64,000 nucleotides of DNA from Rubrivivax sp. (GTDB lineage Bacteria > Pseudomonadota > Gammaproteobacteria > Burkholderiales > Burkholderiaceae_C). Numbering within the stretch: the stretch's first letter is position 1; every line of letters starts with the position of its first letter. The DNA is taken from NCBI GenBank assembly GCA_027484825.1, contig JAIXSE010000028.1, forward strand, positions 68,925 to 132,924. Direction: 5' to 3'. The notes beneath the pieces were generated by a model, which was not told the origin of the DNA, ran no database searches, and saw nothing but the letters and a program-made list of their open reading frames with translations. Shown here piece after piece: positions 10,147-24,286 of the stretch. The position numbers and the translations under genes are program-made.

Positions 10147-10836
10147 ATGGCTGACCTCAAGAACCTGGATCTGAATGCCTGGTTTGCTGACCTCTCAGGT
10201 CAGTTCCAGAACCTCGATCCCAAGAAGCCGGGCCAGTGGCCAACGGCCCCCAAGATCCTCACCTTCATTGTTGTGGCCGTTGCAGCCGTGGCGGCCGCGT
10301 GGTTCGTCCTGCTGTCCGATGCCAATGACGCCCTCGAGGCTGAAAAGGCCCGCGAGCCGGCGCTCAAGGAGGACTACCGCGGCAAGCTGGCCCAGGCGGT
10401 GAACCTGCCGGAGCTGCGCAAGCAAAAGCGTCAGGTTGAGGAATATGTCCTGCAACTGGAAAAGCAGTTGCCGGGCAAGGCTGAAATGGACGCGCTGCTG
10501 TCCGATATCAACCAGGCAGGCCTGGGTCGTGGTCTCCAGTTCGAGCTGTTCCGTCCGGGCCAGATCGTGATGAAGGACTATTACGCGGAGCAGCCGATCT
10601 CGTTGAAGGTCTCGGGCCAATATCACGATATCGGTTCGTTCACTGCTGACGTTTCCAACCTGTCGCGGATCGTGACGCTGCATGATCTGAACATCGTAGT
10701 GCCGCAGTCCGGCAACAGCGCGCGCACCGACGGACATCTGACCATGGATGCCACGGCTCGCACCTACCGTTACCTCGACCCCGCCGAAGTGGAAGAGCAA
10801 AAGCGCGTGGCCCAACAAGCAGGGAAGAAGAAATGA
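10147..10836 (+). CDS. pilO: Type IV pilus inner-membrane protein PilO
   Basis: 'LLSDINQAGLGRGLQFELFRP', 'LSRIVTLHD'; operon position. Confidence 0.95.
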   Translation: MADLKNLDLNAWFADLSGQFQNLDPKKPGQWPTAPKILTFIVVAVAAVAAAWFVLLSDANDALEAEKAREPALKEDYRGKLAQAVNLPELRKQKRQVEEYVLQLEKQLPGKAEMDALLSDINQAGLGRGLQFELFRPGQIVMKDYYAEQPISLKVSGQYHDIGSFTADVSNLSRIVTLHDLNIVVPQSGNSARTDGHLTMDATARTYRYLDPAEVEEQKRVAQQAGKKK

Positions 10837-11387
10837 TGCGTGTCACGCTCACTCGCTCCCTGCTGGGCAGGACGCTGGCTCTGGGTCTGTGCGGCATGGC
10901 GCTTGCGGCCTGCACCTCCTCGACGGACGAACTGCAGCAGTGGATGGAAGAGCAGCGTCAGCAGACCAAACCCTCGGTCAAGCCGCTGCAACCTCCGAAG
11001 AAATTCCTGCCGCAGCCGTATGAAGCCATGAATGTGGTGGACCCGTTCAGCGTGCAGAAGCTGACGGTGGCCTTCAAGCAGGAGGCGGCTCAACCGAGTT
11101 CTCTGCTGGCGTCTGAAATGAAGCGCCGCAAGGAACCGCTGGAAGCCTTCCCGCTGGACAGCATGGTCATGGTCGGCAGTGTGGTCCGCAACGGCCGGCA
11201 GTTCGCGCTGCTGAAGGTTGAGAACCTGCTGTATTACGTCAAGACCGGTGATTACCTGGGCCAGAACTTTGGCCGCATCACCAAGATCAGCGAAACCGAA
11301 ATCACGTTGCGAGAAGTCGTCCAGGACGCTGCGGGCGAATGGATTGAACGCACCAGTACTCTCCAGCTACAGGAGCAGGGACGATGA
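10833..11387 (+). CDS. pilP: Type IV pilus lipoprotein PilP
   Basis: Lipobox LAAC, 'KEPLEAFPLDSMVMVG', 'GQNFGRI'. Confidence 0.95.
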   Translation: MMRVTLTRSLLGRTLALGLCGMALAACTSSTDELQQWMEEQRQQTKPSVKPLQPPKKFLPQPYEAMNVVDPFSVQKLTVAFKQEAAQPSSLLASEMKRRKEPLEAFPLDSMVMVGSVVRNGRQFALLKVENLLYYVKTGDYLGQNFGRITKISETEITLREVVQDAAGEWIERTSTLQLQEQGR

Positions 11388-13621
11388 AGACTTTTGTGGA
11401 GAACGCTTCCATGAGCGCCCGAACCAGCGACCCGTCGACGAACGGAGCCCGTCAGTCCAAGACCCGTCCTGCCAGCTGGCGGGTGCTGGCATGCGCCCTG
11501 GGCCTGGCGGCCCTGATGCCGGTGCAGGCCTTCGCACAGAACCTCATCCGTTCCATCACCTCGACGCAGCAGTCTGGCAATGATGTCGTGCGCATCGAGC
11601 TGTCCAAGCCGCTGCAGGAGCTGCCCAAGGGCTTCGCCGTGCAAGTGCCGCCGCGTATCGCGCTGGATCTTCCCGGCGTGAGCAATGGCATGGGCCGCAA
11701 CCTGGTGGACATCAACACCGGCAACATGCGCACGGCCAACGTTGCCCAGGCCGGTGACAGGACCCGTGTGGTGCTGAACCTGCGTCAGGCCAGCACCTAT
11801 CGCGCCCAGTTGCAGGACAGCGCACTGCTGATCTTCCTGGATGCCAACCCGGCCCCGCAGCCGTCGGCTAATGCGGAAGCGGGCAACGGTGTCACGACCG
11901 AGCCGCTGCACTTTGCCCCGAGCCAGAACAGCGGCGTGCAAGCGCTGCAGGACATCGACTTCCGCCGCGGTGCCGATGGCGCCGGCCGTGTGATCGTCAA
12001 CCTGCCCAGCAGCCAGATCGGCGTGGACATCCAGCAGCAGGGCAAGAGCCTGGTGGTGGAGTTCCCGCGCAGCTCGCTGCCGGAGCGTCTGCGCCGTCGC
12101 ATGGACGTGACCGATTTCGGCACGCCGGTGGACAGCGTGGTGGCCACTCAGCAGGGCGAACGTGTCCGTCTGGTCGTCACCCCGCGTGGCAACTGGGAAC
12201 ACAGCGCCTACCAGAGCGACAACCAGTTCGTGTTGGAAGTGCGTCCGCAAAAGGTCGACCCCAACAAGCTGACGCAAGGACCTGGTTATGCCGGTGACAA
12301 GCTCAGCCTGAACTTCCAGAACATCGAAGTTCGTGCTCTGTTGCAGGTGATTGCCGACTTCACCAACTTCAACGTGGTGACCAGCGATGCCGTGACCGGC
12401 AACGTGACCCTGCGCCTGAAGGACGTGCCCTGGGACCAGGCGCTGGACATCATCCTGCAAGCCAAGGGCCTGGGCCTGCGCAAGAGCGGCAACGTGCTGT
12501 GGATTGCGCCCAAGGAAGAACTGGCGCTGAAGGAAAAGGCTGAACTGGAAGCCAAGGCACAGGTCACGCAGCTGGAACCGCTGCGCACCCAGTCCTTCCA
12601 GCTCAACTACACCAAGGCTGAGGAAATCGCCAAGGGTCTGACCGGGCAAAACAATGCTGGATCGTCGGGTGGCAGCACCAATACCAGCCGCATCCTGTCC
12701 CCGCGTGGCAGCCTGATTTTCGAGACCCGCACCAACCAGCTCTTCGTCAGCGACATTCCCTCCAAGCTGGAAGAAATCGCCGCGATGATCGCCAAGATCG
12801 ACATCCCGGTTCGCCAGGTGCTGATTGAGGCCCGTATCGTGGAAGCGGCGGATACCTTCGGTCGGGCGCTGGGCGTGAAGCTCGGCACCACCACCGGCAT
12901 GAACGGCGCCTACAGCGTGGGCGGCACCAAGGCTGTGGTGGGCGGTACCTACAATAATGTGGGCTACATGACGGGCCAGGTGGAAAGCCAGCCGGACTTC
13001 ACCACCAGCCAGTTCGTGAACTTCGGTGCCAACACCACGTCTGACGTGTTCGCCGGTGCCAATGCTGCGAACTTCGCCATCTCCCTGTTCGGCTCGAGCG
13101 CCAGCCGCTTCCTGAACCTGGAACTGTCGGCCCTGGAATCGGACGGCAAGGGCAAGATCGTGTCCAGCCCGCGTGTGGTGACGGCCGATCAGACCAAGGC
13201 GCTGATCGAGCAGGGTGAAGAAATCCCGTATCAGCAGGCCACCTCGAGCGGCGCCACCTCGGTGACCTTCAAGAAGGCTGTGCTGAAGCTGGAAGTCACC
13301 CCGCAGATCACGCCCGAAGGCAATGTGATCCTGACCGTGGACGTCAACAAGGACAGCCGCGGCACCCTGACCACCATGGGTTATGCCATCAACAACAAGC
13401 ATGTGCAGACCCTGGTGTTGGTGGAAAACGGCGGCACGGTAGTGATCGGTGGTATCTACACGCAGGATGAGCAGGAATCCGAGAACAAGGTGCCTTACCT
13501 GGGCGACATTCCGGTGCTGGGCAACCTGTTCAAGAACCGCTCGCGTACCTCCAACAAGACCGAACTGCTGATCTTCATCACGCCCAAGGTGGTGAGTGAC
13601 CGGGTGTCGGCGGCTCGCTGA
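11384..13621 (+). CDS. pilQ: Type IV pilus secretin PilQ
   Basis: AMIN-like N-terminal domains, 'LSLNFQNIEVRALLQVIADF', secretin C-terminus 'KVPYLGDIPVLGNLFK'. Confidence 0.96.
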   Translation: MKTFVENASMSARTSDPSTNGARQSKTRPASWRVLACALGLAALMPVQAFAQNLIRSITSTQQSGNDVVRIELSKPLQELPKGFAVQVPPRIALDLPGVSNGMGRNLVDINTGNMRTANVAQAGDRTRVVLNLRQASTYRAQLQDSALLIFLDANPAPQPSANAEAGNGVTTEPLHFAPSQNSGVQALQDIDFRRGADGAGRVIVNLPSSQIGVDIQQQGKSLVVEFPRSSLPERLRRRMDVTDFGTPVDSVVATQQGERVRLVVTPRGNWEHSAYQSDNQFVLEVRPQKVDPNKLTQGPGYAGDKLSLNFQNIEVRALLQVIADFTNFNVVTSDAVTGNVTLRLKDVPWDQALDIILQAKGLGLRKSGNVLWIAPKEELALKEKAELEAKAQVTQLEPLRTQSFQLNYTKAEEIAKGLTGQNNAGSSGGSTNTSRILSPRGSLIFETRTNQLFVSDIPSKLEEIAAMIAKIDIPVRQVLIEARIVEAADTFGRALGVKLGTTTGMNGAYSVGGTKAVVGGTYNNVGYMTGQVESQPDFTTSQFVNFGANTTSDVFAGANAANFAISLFGSSASRFLNLELSALESDGKGKIVSSPRVVTADQTKALIEQGEEIPYQQATSSGATSVTFKKAVLKLEVTPQITPEGNVILTVDVNKDSRGTLTTMGYAINNKHVQTLVLVENGGTVVIGGIYTQDEQESENKVPYLGDIPVLGNLFKNRSRTSNKTELLIFITPKVVSDRVSAAR

Positions 13622-13630
13622 TCCGGCTGG

Positions 13631-14257
13631 ATGAAACTGTCTCTGGTCGGCATGCCCGGCGGTGGGAAATCCACCGTCGGCCGTCTGCTGGCCCGACAGC
13701 TCAACGCCCCCTTCGTCGATTCGGACGCCGAGATTGAAAAACAGCTCGGCGGCGAGACGATCAAGGACTACTTCGCCCGCAAGGGCGAATTGTCGTTTCG
13801 GGACCTGGAAAGTCGTGTCATCGGCGAGCTGCTGAAGCTGCCCGGCGAGATGGTTCTGGCCACGGGCGGCGGGGCGGTGTTGCGGGACATCAACCGTGAC
13901 CGGCTGCACCAGCATTCGACGGTCGTCTACCTTCGCTCCTCGCCGGACGAACTCTTCCGCCGACTGCGGCACGACACCACCCGTCCGTTGCTGCAAGGCG
14001 GCAACCCGCTGGCCAAGCTGCGTGAGCTCTACGCCCAGCGCGACCCGCTCTACCGCCGCTGCGCCCACTTCGTGCTGGAGACCAGCCGGCCGTCCGTCAA
14101 CGGCCTGGTCAACATGATCCTGATGCAGCTGGAACTGGCCGGCTTGATCGATCCGGCCCGTGTGGCCGCAACGGTGGGGGCCCATCCCCCGGCTGCCCCT
14201 CGCGTGGGGGAGGCTTCGGAGTCCGGCGGCGATGCCCCGTACACTCCGGGGACATGA
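13631..14257 (+). CDS. aroK: Shikimate kinase
   Basis: P-loop [11 protein letters not shown], 'ATGGG', 'RPLL'. Confidence 0.95.
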   Translation: MKLSLVGMPGGGKSTVGRLLARQLNAPFVDSDAEIEKQLGGETIKDYFARKGELSFRDLESRVIGELLKLPGEMVLATGGGAVLRDINRDRLHQHSTVVYLRSSPDELFRRLRHDTTRPLLQGGNPLAKLRELYAQRDPLYRRCAHFVLETSRPSVNGLVNMILMQLELAGLIDPARVAATVGAHPPAAPRVGEASESGGDAPYTPGT

Positions 14258-15426
14258 GCCCTTCCGTTCCGGTTTCCTCCCCTTCCTCCTCTGCTTCAAG
14301 TGCTGCCGCTGCGACGGCGGATTACGCCTGCGTGCCCATCGATCTGGGCGACCGCAGCTATGACATCCGCATCGCCCCGGGCCTGCTCGGCCAGGCGCAG
14401 ACCTGGGCCGGACTGCCTCGTGCCTCCACGGCGCTGATCGTCACCAACGATGTCGTGGCGCCGCTTTACTTGGCGCGTTTGCGTGCGCAGCTGTCTGGCG
14501 TGTATGCCCGGGTGGAGAGCCTCGTGCTGCCGGACGGAGAAGCGCAGAAGAGCTGGGACAGTCTGGACCGCATCATCGACCACCTGCTGGCGGCCACGGC
14601 CGACCGCAAGACGGTGCTGTTTGCGCTGGGCGGCGGTGTCATCGGCGACCTGACCGGCTTTGCGGCGGCCATCTACATGCGGGGCGTGCCGTTTGTGCAG
14701 GTGCCCACCACCTTGCTCGCCCAGGTGGACTCCTCCGTGGGCGGCAAGACAGCCATCAACCATCCGCGTGGCAAGAACATGGTGGGGGCGTTCTACCAGC
14801 CGGTCAGGGTCGTGGCCGACCTGGACACGCTGGACACCCTGCCGGACCGCGAGCTGTCGGCGGGCTTGGCCGAAGTCATCAAATACGGCCCCATTGCCGA
14901 TGCTGCGTTCCTGGACTGGATCGAGCAGAACCTGCCCGCCCTGCTGGCGCGCGACAAGACCGCCCTGGCCTATGCCGTGCAGCGCAGCTGCGAAATCAAG
15001 GCCTGGGTGGTGGGGCAGGACGAGCGAGAGTCCGGCCTGCGCGCCATCCTCAACTTCGGCCACACCTTCGGCCATGCGATTGAGACCGGCATGGGCTATG
15101 GCAACTGGCTGCACGGGGAAGCGGTGGGCTGCGGCATGGTCCTCGCGTCAGACCTTTCGGCCCGGCTGGGCCTGGTGCCGACGGACTTCGTGGATCGCAT
15201 GAAGCGCCTTGTGCGGGCAGCCGGCTTGCCAGTCGTGGCACCCGCCCTCGGCCTGGACCGATACCTCGAGCTGATGCAGATCGACAAGAAGAACGAGGGG
15301 GGCGACATCCGCTTTGTGGTGATTGAAGGACTGGGACAAGCGGGCGTCAGAAGTGCCCCGACCGAACTGGTGGCCGAGGTTCTCGCCACCCATTGCGACC
15401 CTGTTGCTGGCGCTCCGGCGCCATGA
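14254..15426 (+). CDS. aroB: 3-dehydroquinate synthase
   Basis: '[12 protein letters not shown]', '[17 protein letters not shown]', '[12 protein letters not shown]'. Confidence 0.97.
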   Translation: MSPSVPVSSPSSSASSAAAATADYACVPIDLGDRSYDIRIAPGLLGQAQTWAGLPRASTALIVTNDVVAPLYLARLRAQLSGVYARVESLVLPDGEAQKSWDSLDRIIDHLLAATADRKTVLFALGGGVIGDLTGFAAAIYMRGVPFVQVPTTLLAQVDSSVGGKTAINHPRGKNMVGAFYQPVRVVADLDTLDTLPDRELSAGLAEVIKYGPIADAAFLDWIEQNLPALLARDKTALAYAVQRSCEIKAWVVGQDERESGLRAILNFGHTFGHAIETGMGYGNWLHGEAVGCGMVLASDLSARLGLVPTDFVDRMKRLVRAAGLPVVAPALGLDRYLELMQIDKKNEGGDIRFVVIEGLGQAGVRSAPTELVAEVLATHCDPVAGAPAP

Positions 15427-15483
15427 CCCGCCGGGACCGGAACCGGCGCCGATTCTTCCCCTGAGACGCCTGACCTTCCTGCC

Positions 15484-16623
15484 ATGACCGACACGCCGCG
15501 TGCTTCCTATGCCTCCCATCCTGCACAGAGCCGCGGCCGGCGATTTCCCGAGCGCCCGGCGCCCACGCGCAGCGACTACCAACGGGACCGGGACCGCATC
15601 GTTCACAGCAGCGCGTTCCGGCGCCTGGTCTACAAGACGCAGGTCTTTCTCAACCATGAAGGCGACCTCTTCCGGACCCGCCTGACGCACTCTCTTGAAG
15701 TCGCGCAACTGGGCCGCTCCATCGGCCGCAGCCTGGGTCTGGACGAAGACCTCATCGAAACCGTGGCCCTGGCCCACGACCTGGGCCACACCCCGTTCGG
15801 CCATGCGGGGCAGGACGTGCTCAACGACTGCATGCAAGCGCACGGGGGCTTTGAGCACAACCTCCAGTCCTTGCGGGTGGTGGACCAGCTCGAGCAGCGT
15901 TACCCCCAGTTCGACGGCCTCAACCTCAGCTTCGAAAGCCGTGAAGGCATCCTCAAGCACTGCAGCAAGCGAGACGCGCTTCGTCTGGATGCAGCGGAGC
16001 CCGGCGGCGTTGCTGCCCGCTTCCTGACGGGCGGGCAACCCAGCCTCGAAGCCCAGCTCTGCAACCTGGCCGACGAAGTTGCCTACAACGCCCATGACGT
16101 GGACGATGGCGTGCGCTCGGGCCTCATCACCTTGGAGCAGCTCGAGCAAGTGCCCCTGGTCAAGCGTTTCCTCGACGACACTCTTCGAGAGTTCCCGCGG
16201 CTCACCGGCAAGCGGCTCCTGGCGGACACCATTCGGCGCATGCTCTCCGAGCAGGTCTACGACATCATCGCCGCCACCCGAAGCGCCATCCAGCAAGCCG
16301 GCATCACCACCGCCGACGACGCCCGCGCGTCCGGCCCCCTGGTGCGTTTCAGCCCGGACATGCGGCAGGCCAGCACCGAACTCAAGCGCTTTCTCTTCGC
16401 CAACCTCTACCGCCATGCGGCGGTCCAGGACAAACGTGCGAGTGCCGAAGAAGTCCTTCGCGACCTCTTCCAGATCTACCTGAGCGACCCGTCCAAGCTC
16501 CCGCCCGACTGCGCCAATCCGGACGACCACCCCAGGGCCTGCGCCGACTACATCGCGGGCATGACCGACCGGTATGCGCTGCGAGAGCATGAGCGCCTGA
16601 CGGGGAAACGACTCTTTGGCTGA
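15484..16623 (+). CDS. dgt: dGTP triphosphohydrolase (HD superfamily)
   Basis: 'RTRLTHSLEV', 'LAHDLGHTPFGH', 'DYIAGMTDRYA'. Confidence 0.95.
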   Translation: MTDTPRASYASHPAQSRGRRFPERPAPTRSDYQRDRDRIVHSSAFRRLVYKTQVFLNHEGDLFRTRLTHSLEVAQLGRSIGRSLGLDEDLIETVALAHDLGHTPFGHAGQDVLNDCMQAHGGFEHNLQSLRVVDQLEQRYPQFDGLNLSFESREGILKHCSKRDALRLDAAEPGGVAARFLTGGQPSLEAQLCNLADEVAYNAHDVDDGVRSGLITLEQLEQVPLVKRFLDDTLREFPRLTGKRLLADTIRRMLSEQVYDIIAATRSAIQQAGITTADDARASGPLVRFSPDMRQASTELKRFLFANLYRHAAVQDKRASAEEVLRDLFQIYLSDPSKLPPDCANPDDHPRACADYIAGMTDRYALREHERLTGKRLFG

Positions 16624-16785
16624 TTCCTTGCGCGGTGCCACCGGAATGGGATTGGAGCGCCTGGCCAGGGGGAGGGCGTTTCGTCAGGTTGCCAGGTCTT
16701 GATGGGGGTGAGGGGCTACGACCCGTGCTTTGACGGCACTGCTGCACTGTCCCGATGCCGGGTCTCGTGAAAGTCCTCGGTTCGA

Positions 16786-16888
16786 AAAAGCTGCTGCCCG
16801 GGGCCCTTTTACGGAAGTCAAGAAGGGAATGGCCGGCGAAGCCGGACAGGAATGACATGAAGTAAAAGGGCCCCGGGCAGCAGCTTTT
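16786..16888. repeat. Perfect 27-bp inverted repeat pair with 49-bp spacer (REP-doublet/REPIN- or MITE-like)
   Basis: aaaagctgctgcccggggcccttttac (16786-16812) is the exact reverse complement of gtaaaagggccccgggcagcagctttt (16862-16888); the spacer holds the mini-hairpin ccggc-gaa-gccgg (16833-16845). Confidence 0.93.
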
Positions 16889-16914
16889 GAGCACCCGCCC
16901 CAAGCATCCGCCAC

Positions 16915-16929
16915 AATTGGGGACAGACT
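16915..16929 (+). repeat. Left ~15-bp inverted repeat flanking the RAYT-like gene
   Basis: aattggggacagact matches the reverse complement of 17639-17653 (aaatggggacagact) at 14/15. Confidence 0.85.
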
Positions 16930-16953
16930 CACTCCCACGTCCCGCAAAAGCAG

Positions 16954-17655
16954 ATGGCCCGCCTCCCCCGCCTCGCCTTGGCGAACCACCTCCACCACGT
17001 CATCCACCGCGGCCACAACCTGCAGCCGATTGCCCAGGACGACGACGACCGTCGTGCCCTGATGGCGGCTTTGCAGGACTGCGCCGCCACTTACAAGGTG
17101 GCCATCCACGCCTACGTGGTCATGCCCAACCACCTTCATCTCCTGGCCACCCCCACCACCAACGAGGGTCTGTCCAGAATGATGCAGGCCCTGGGCCGCC
17201 GCTACGTCGCTGCTTTCAACCAGCGTCACCAGCGCGTGGGAACGCTCTGGGAAGGGCGGTTCCGAGCAGCGCCCGTCGAAGCCGCCACCTTCCTGCTCCC
17301 GCTGATGCGCAGCATCGAACTCAACCCCCTGCGCGCCGGCCTGGCCACCGAACCCGCCGACTACCCCTGGTCGTCCGCCGCCCACCACCTTGGCCGCCGC
17401 CGCGACCCGCTCATCAGCGATCCGCCGGACTTCTGGGCCTTGGGCAACACCCCCTTCGAGCGGGAGCTCACCTGGCGCCGCTGGCTCGATGAAGGTGAGC
17501 TGGAGACTGAGCGCCAACGCCTGGTGGACGCCGCCATCAAGGGCTGGCCATTGGGATCGCCCGCATTTCTGGCCGCTCTTGCCGAACTCAGCCCCCGCCC
17601 CACCGCCCCCCGCCCCCGCGGTCGCCCCCGCAAACAGCAGTCTGTCCCCATTTAA
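16954..17655 (+). mobile_element. RAYT-like (Y1 HUH) protein with catalytic Tyr replaced by Ser and a C-terminal AT-hook
   Basis: 'MARLPRL', 'HHVIHRGHN', HUH motif 'AYVVMPNHLHLL' (H60/H62), 'GTLWEGRF', 'RSIELNPLRAG' (family YIxLNPxRAG), 'DYPWSS', 'PRGRPRK'. Confidence 0.9.
17639..17653 (-). repeat. Right inverted repeat, forming the last codons of the RAYT-like ORF
   Basis: agtctgtccccattt; encodes ...SVPI and runs into the TAA stop. Confidence 0.85.
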
Positions 17656-17682
17656 ACGACAAGCCTCCATCCGTCGCCCGCT

Positions 17683-17703
17683 AATTCGACACTGACCCCA
17701 TTT
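17683..17703 (-). repeat. Third related repeat copy upstream of the gltB promoter
   Basis: aattcgacactgaccccattt; reverse complement begins aaatggggtcagt, sharing AAATGGGG(A/T)CAG with the other copies. Confidence 0.7.
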
Positions 17704-17711
17704 AGTTCTGC

Positions 17712-17740
17712 TTGTGTGCGCCCCCCGGCGTTGCTAACCT
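17712..17740 (+). promoter_or_regulatory. Putative sigma70 promoter of gltBD
   Basis: TTGTGT-N17-TAACCT, with TGn extended -10. Confidence 0.5.
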
Positions 17741-17776
17741 GCGCGGGTTTCCCAAGAACTCCCCTGGAGGCCACCG

Positions 17777-22585
<4,809 letters not shown>

Positions 22586-22626
22586 TGGGCCGCTGACGAC
22601 AGACACAGGATCAGGAGAAGACCGAC

Positions 22627-24102
22627 ATGGGAAAAGTCACCGGCTTCATGGAGTACGAACGGCTGGAGGAGGGCTACGCGCCCGTGGCCGTCCGTCTGAA
22701 GAATTACAAGGAATTTGTCATCGGCCTGAATGCCGAGCAGGCCAAGCAGCAGGGCGCTCGATGCATGGACTGCGGCACGCCCTTCTGCAACAGCGGCTGC
22801 CCGGTCAACAACATCATTCCCGATTTCAATGACCTCGTTTACCGCAACAGCGAGGCCGATTGGAAGCAGGCCATCGCGGTGCTGCATTCGACCAATAACT
22901 TCCCGGAATTCACCGGCCGCATCTGCCCCGCGCCCTGCGAGGCGGCCTGCACGCTGAACGTGAATGACGATGCGGTGGGCATCAAGTCGATCGAGCACGC
23001 CATCATCGACCGGGCCTGGGCCGAAGGCTGGGTCACGCCGCGTCCGCCCAAGGTGAAGACCGGCAAGACGGTGGCAGTGGTCGGCTCCGGGCCGGCAGGT
23101 CTGGCGGCGGCACAGCAACTGGCGCGTGCCGGTCACAGCGTGACCGTGTTCGAGAAGAACGACCGCGTCGGCGGGCTGCTGCGCTACGGCATTCCCGACT
23201 TCAAGATGGAGAAGAGCCACATCGACCGCCGCGTGGCGCAGATGGAGGCCGAAGGCGTGGTGTTCCGCACCGGTGTGATGGTGGCCCATCTGCCGGAGGG
23301 ATCGAAGGTCACCAACTGGGCCAAGGATGTGGTCTCGGCCGGTGAGCTGATGCAGCAGTTCGATGCGGTGCTGCTGGCCGGCGGCGCTGAGCAGTCCCGC
23401 GACTTGCCGGTGCCGGGCCGTGATCTGGCCGGCGTGCACTTCGCCATGGAGTTCCTGCCGCAGCAGAACAAGATCAATGCCGGCGACAAGCTGAAGAACC
23501 AGCTGCGCGCCGACGACAAGCATGTGATCGTGATTGGCGGCGGCGACACCGGCAGTGACTGCGTGGGCACCAGCAACCGGCACGGCGCCAAGAGCGTGAC
23601 CCAGTTCGAACTGCTGCCCCAGCCGCCGGAAGTGGAGGATCGTCCGCTGACCTGGCCCTACTGGCCGATCAAGCTGCGCACCTCGTCCAGCCATGAGGAG
23701 GGCTGTGACCGGGAATTTGCCATCGCCACCAAGGAGTTCATCGGCGAGAAGGGCAAGGTCACCGGTGTGAAGACGGTGCGGGTGCAGTGGGTAGGCGGCA
23801 AGATGGTCGAGGTGGAAGGCTCCGAGCAGGTGCTCAAGGCCGACCTGGTGCTGCTGGCCATGGGCTTTGTGTCGCCGGTCGGGTCGATCGTGGAGGCCTT
23901 TGGCGTCACCAAGGATGCCCGGGGCAATGCCAAGGCCACGACGGATTTCAACGGCGGTTACCGGACCAATGTCGGCAAGGTCTTTACCGCAGGGGATATG
24001 CGGCGGGGCCAGTCGCTGGTGGTCTGGGCCATCCGGGAAGGCCGTCAGGCGGCGAGGGCGGTGGATGAGTTCCTGATGGGGGACAGCGAGCTGCCGCGCT
24101 GA
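22627..24102 (+). CDS. gltD: Glutamate synthase small subunit
   Basis: '[10 protein letters not shown]', '[10 protein letters not shown]', '[10 protein letters not shown]', '[13 protein letters not shown]'. Confidence 0.98.
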   Translation: MGKVTGFMEYERLEEGYAPVAVRLKNYKEFVIGLNAEQAKQQGARCMDCGTPFCNSGCPVNNIIPDFNDLVYRNSEADWKQAIAVLHSTNNFPEFTGRICPAPCEAACTLNVNDDAVGIKSIEHAIIDRAWAEGWVTPRPPKVKTGKTVAVVGSGPAGLAAAQQLARAGHSVTVFEKNDRVGGLLRYGIPDFKMEKSHIDRRVAQMEAEGVVFRTGVMVAHLPEGSKVTNWAKDVVSAGELMQQFDAVLLAGGAEQSRDLPVPGRDLAGVHFAMEFLPQQNKINAGDKLKNQLRADDKHVIVIGGGDTGSDCVGTSNRHGAKSVTQFELLPQPPEVEDRPLTWPYWPIKLRTSSSHEEGCDREFAIATKEFIGEKGKVTGVKTVRVQWVGGKMVEVEGSEQVLKADLVLLAMGFVSPVGSIVEAFGVTKDARGNAKATTDFNGGYRTNVGKVFTAGDMRRGQSLVVWAIREGRQAARAVDEFLMGDSELPR

Positions 24103-24194
24103 GAATCGGCGCTTGGGGCCGCAGGGTGCTGCGGACCCTGCTGTGCCAGGGAAGAAGCCAGCGCCAGGCAATGGCAAGTGGCAGCCCCAAAAAC

Positions 24195-24226
24195 AAAGGC
24201 CTTCGTCGTGAGACGAAGGCCTTTTT
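24195..24226. terminator. Bidirectional intrinsic terminator between gltD and pilY1
   Basis: aaaggccttcgtc-gtga-gacgaaggccttt stem with A and T tracts on either side. Confidence 0.88.
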
Positions 24227-24286
24227 GCTGGGCAGACCCCGGTGGTCCGAGGTCTGCGGTGCCCGCGGGCAGCGGGCTTCGTGCAA

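Noticed and set aside
16382-16903. 173-aa minus-strand ORF running through the 27-bp hairpin
   Set aside because: Overlaps dgt antisense, has no recognisable domain and is largely repeat-derived.
15484-17655. dGTPase plus HUH protein as an anti-phage defence pair
   Set aside because: dgt sits in its usual housekeeping aroK-aroB-dgt context; there is no defence-island context or other defence genes.
24076-24086. atgggggacag resembling the RAYT-flanking repeat
   Set aside because: Lies in the gltD coding sequence (MGD), has an extra G and a short match; likely chance.
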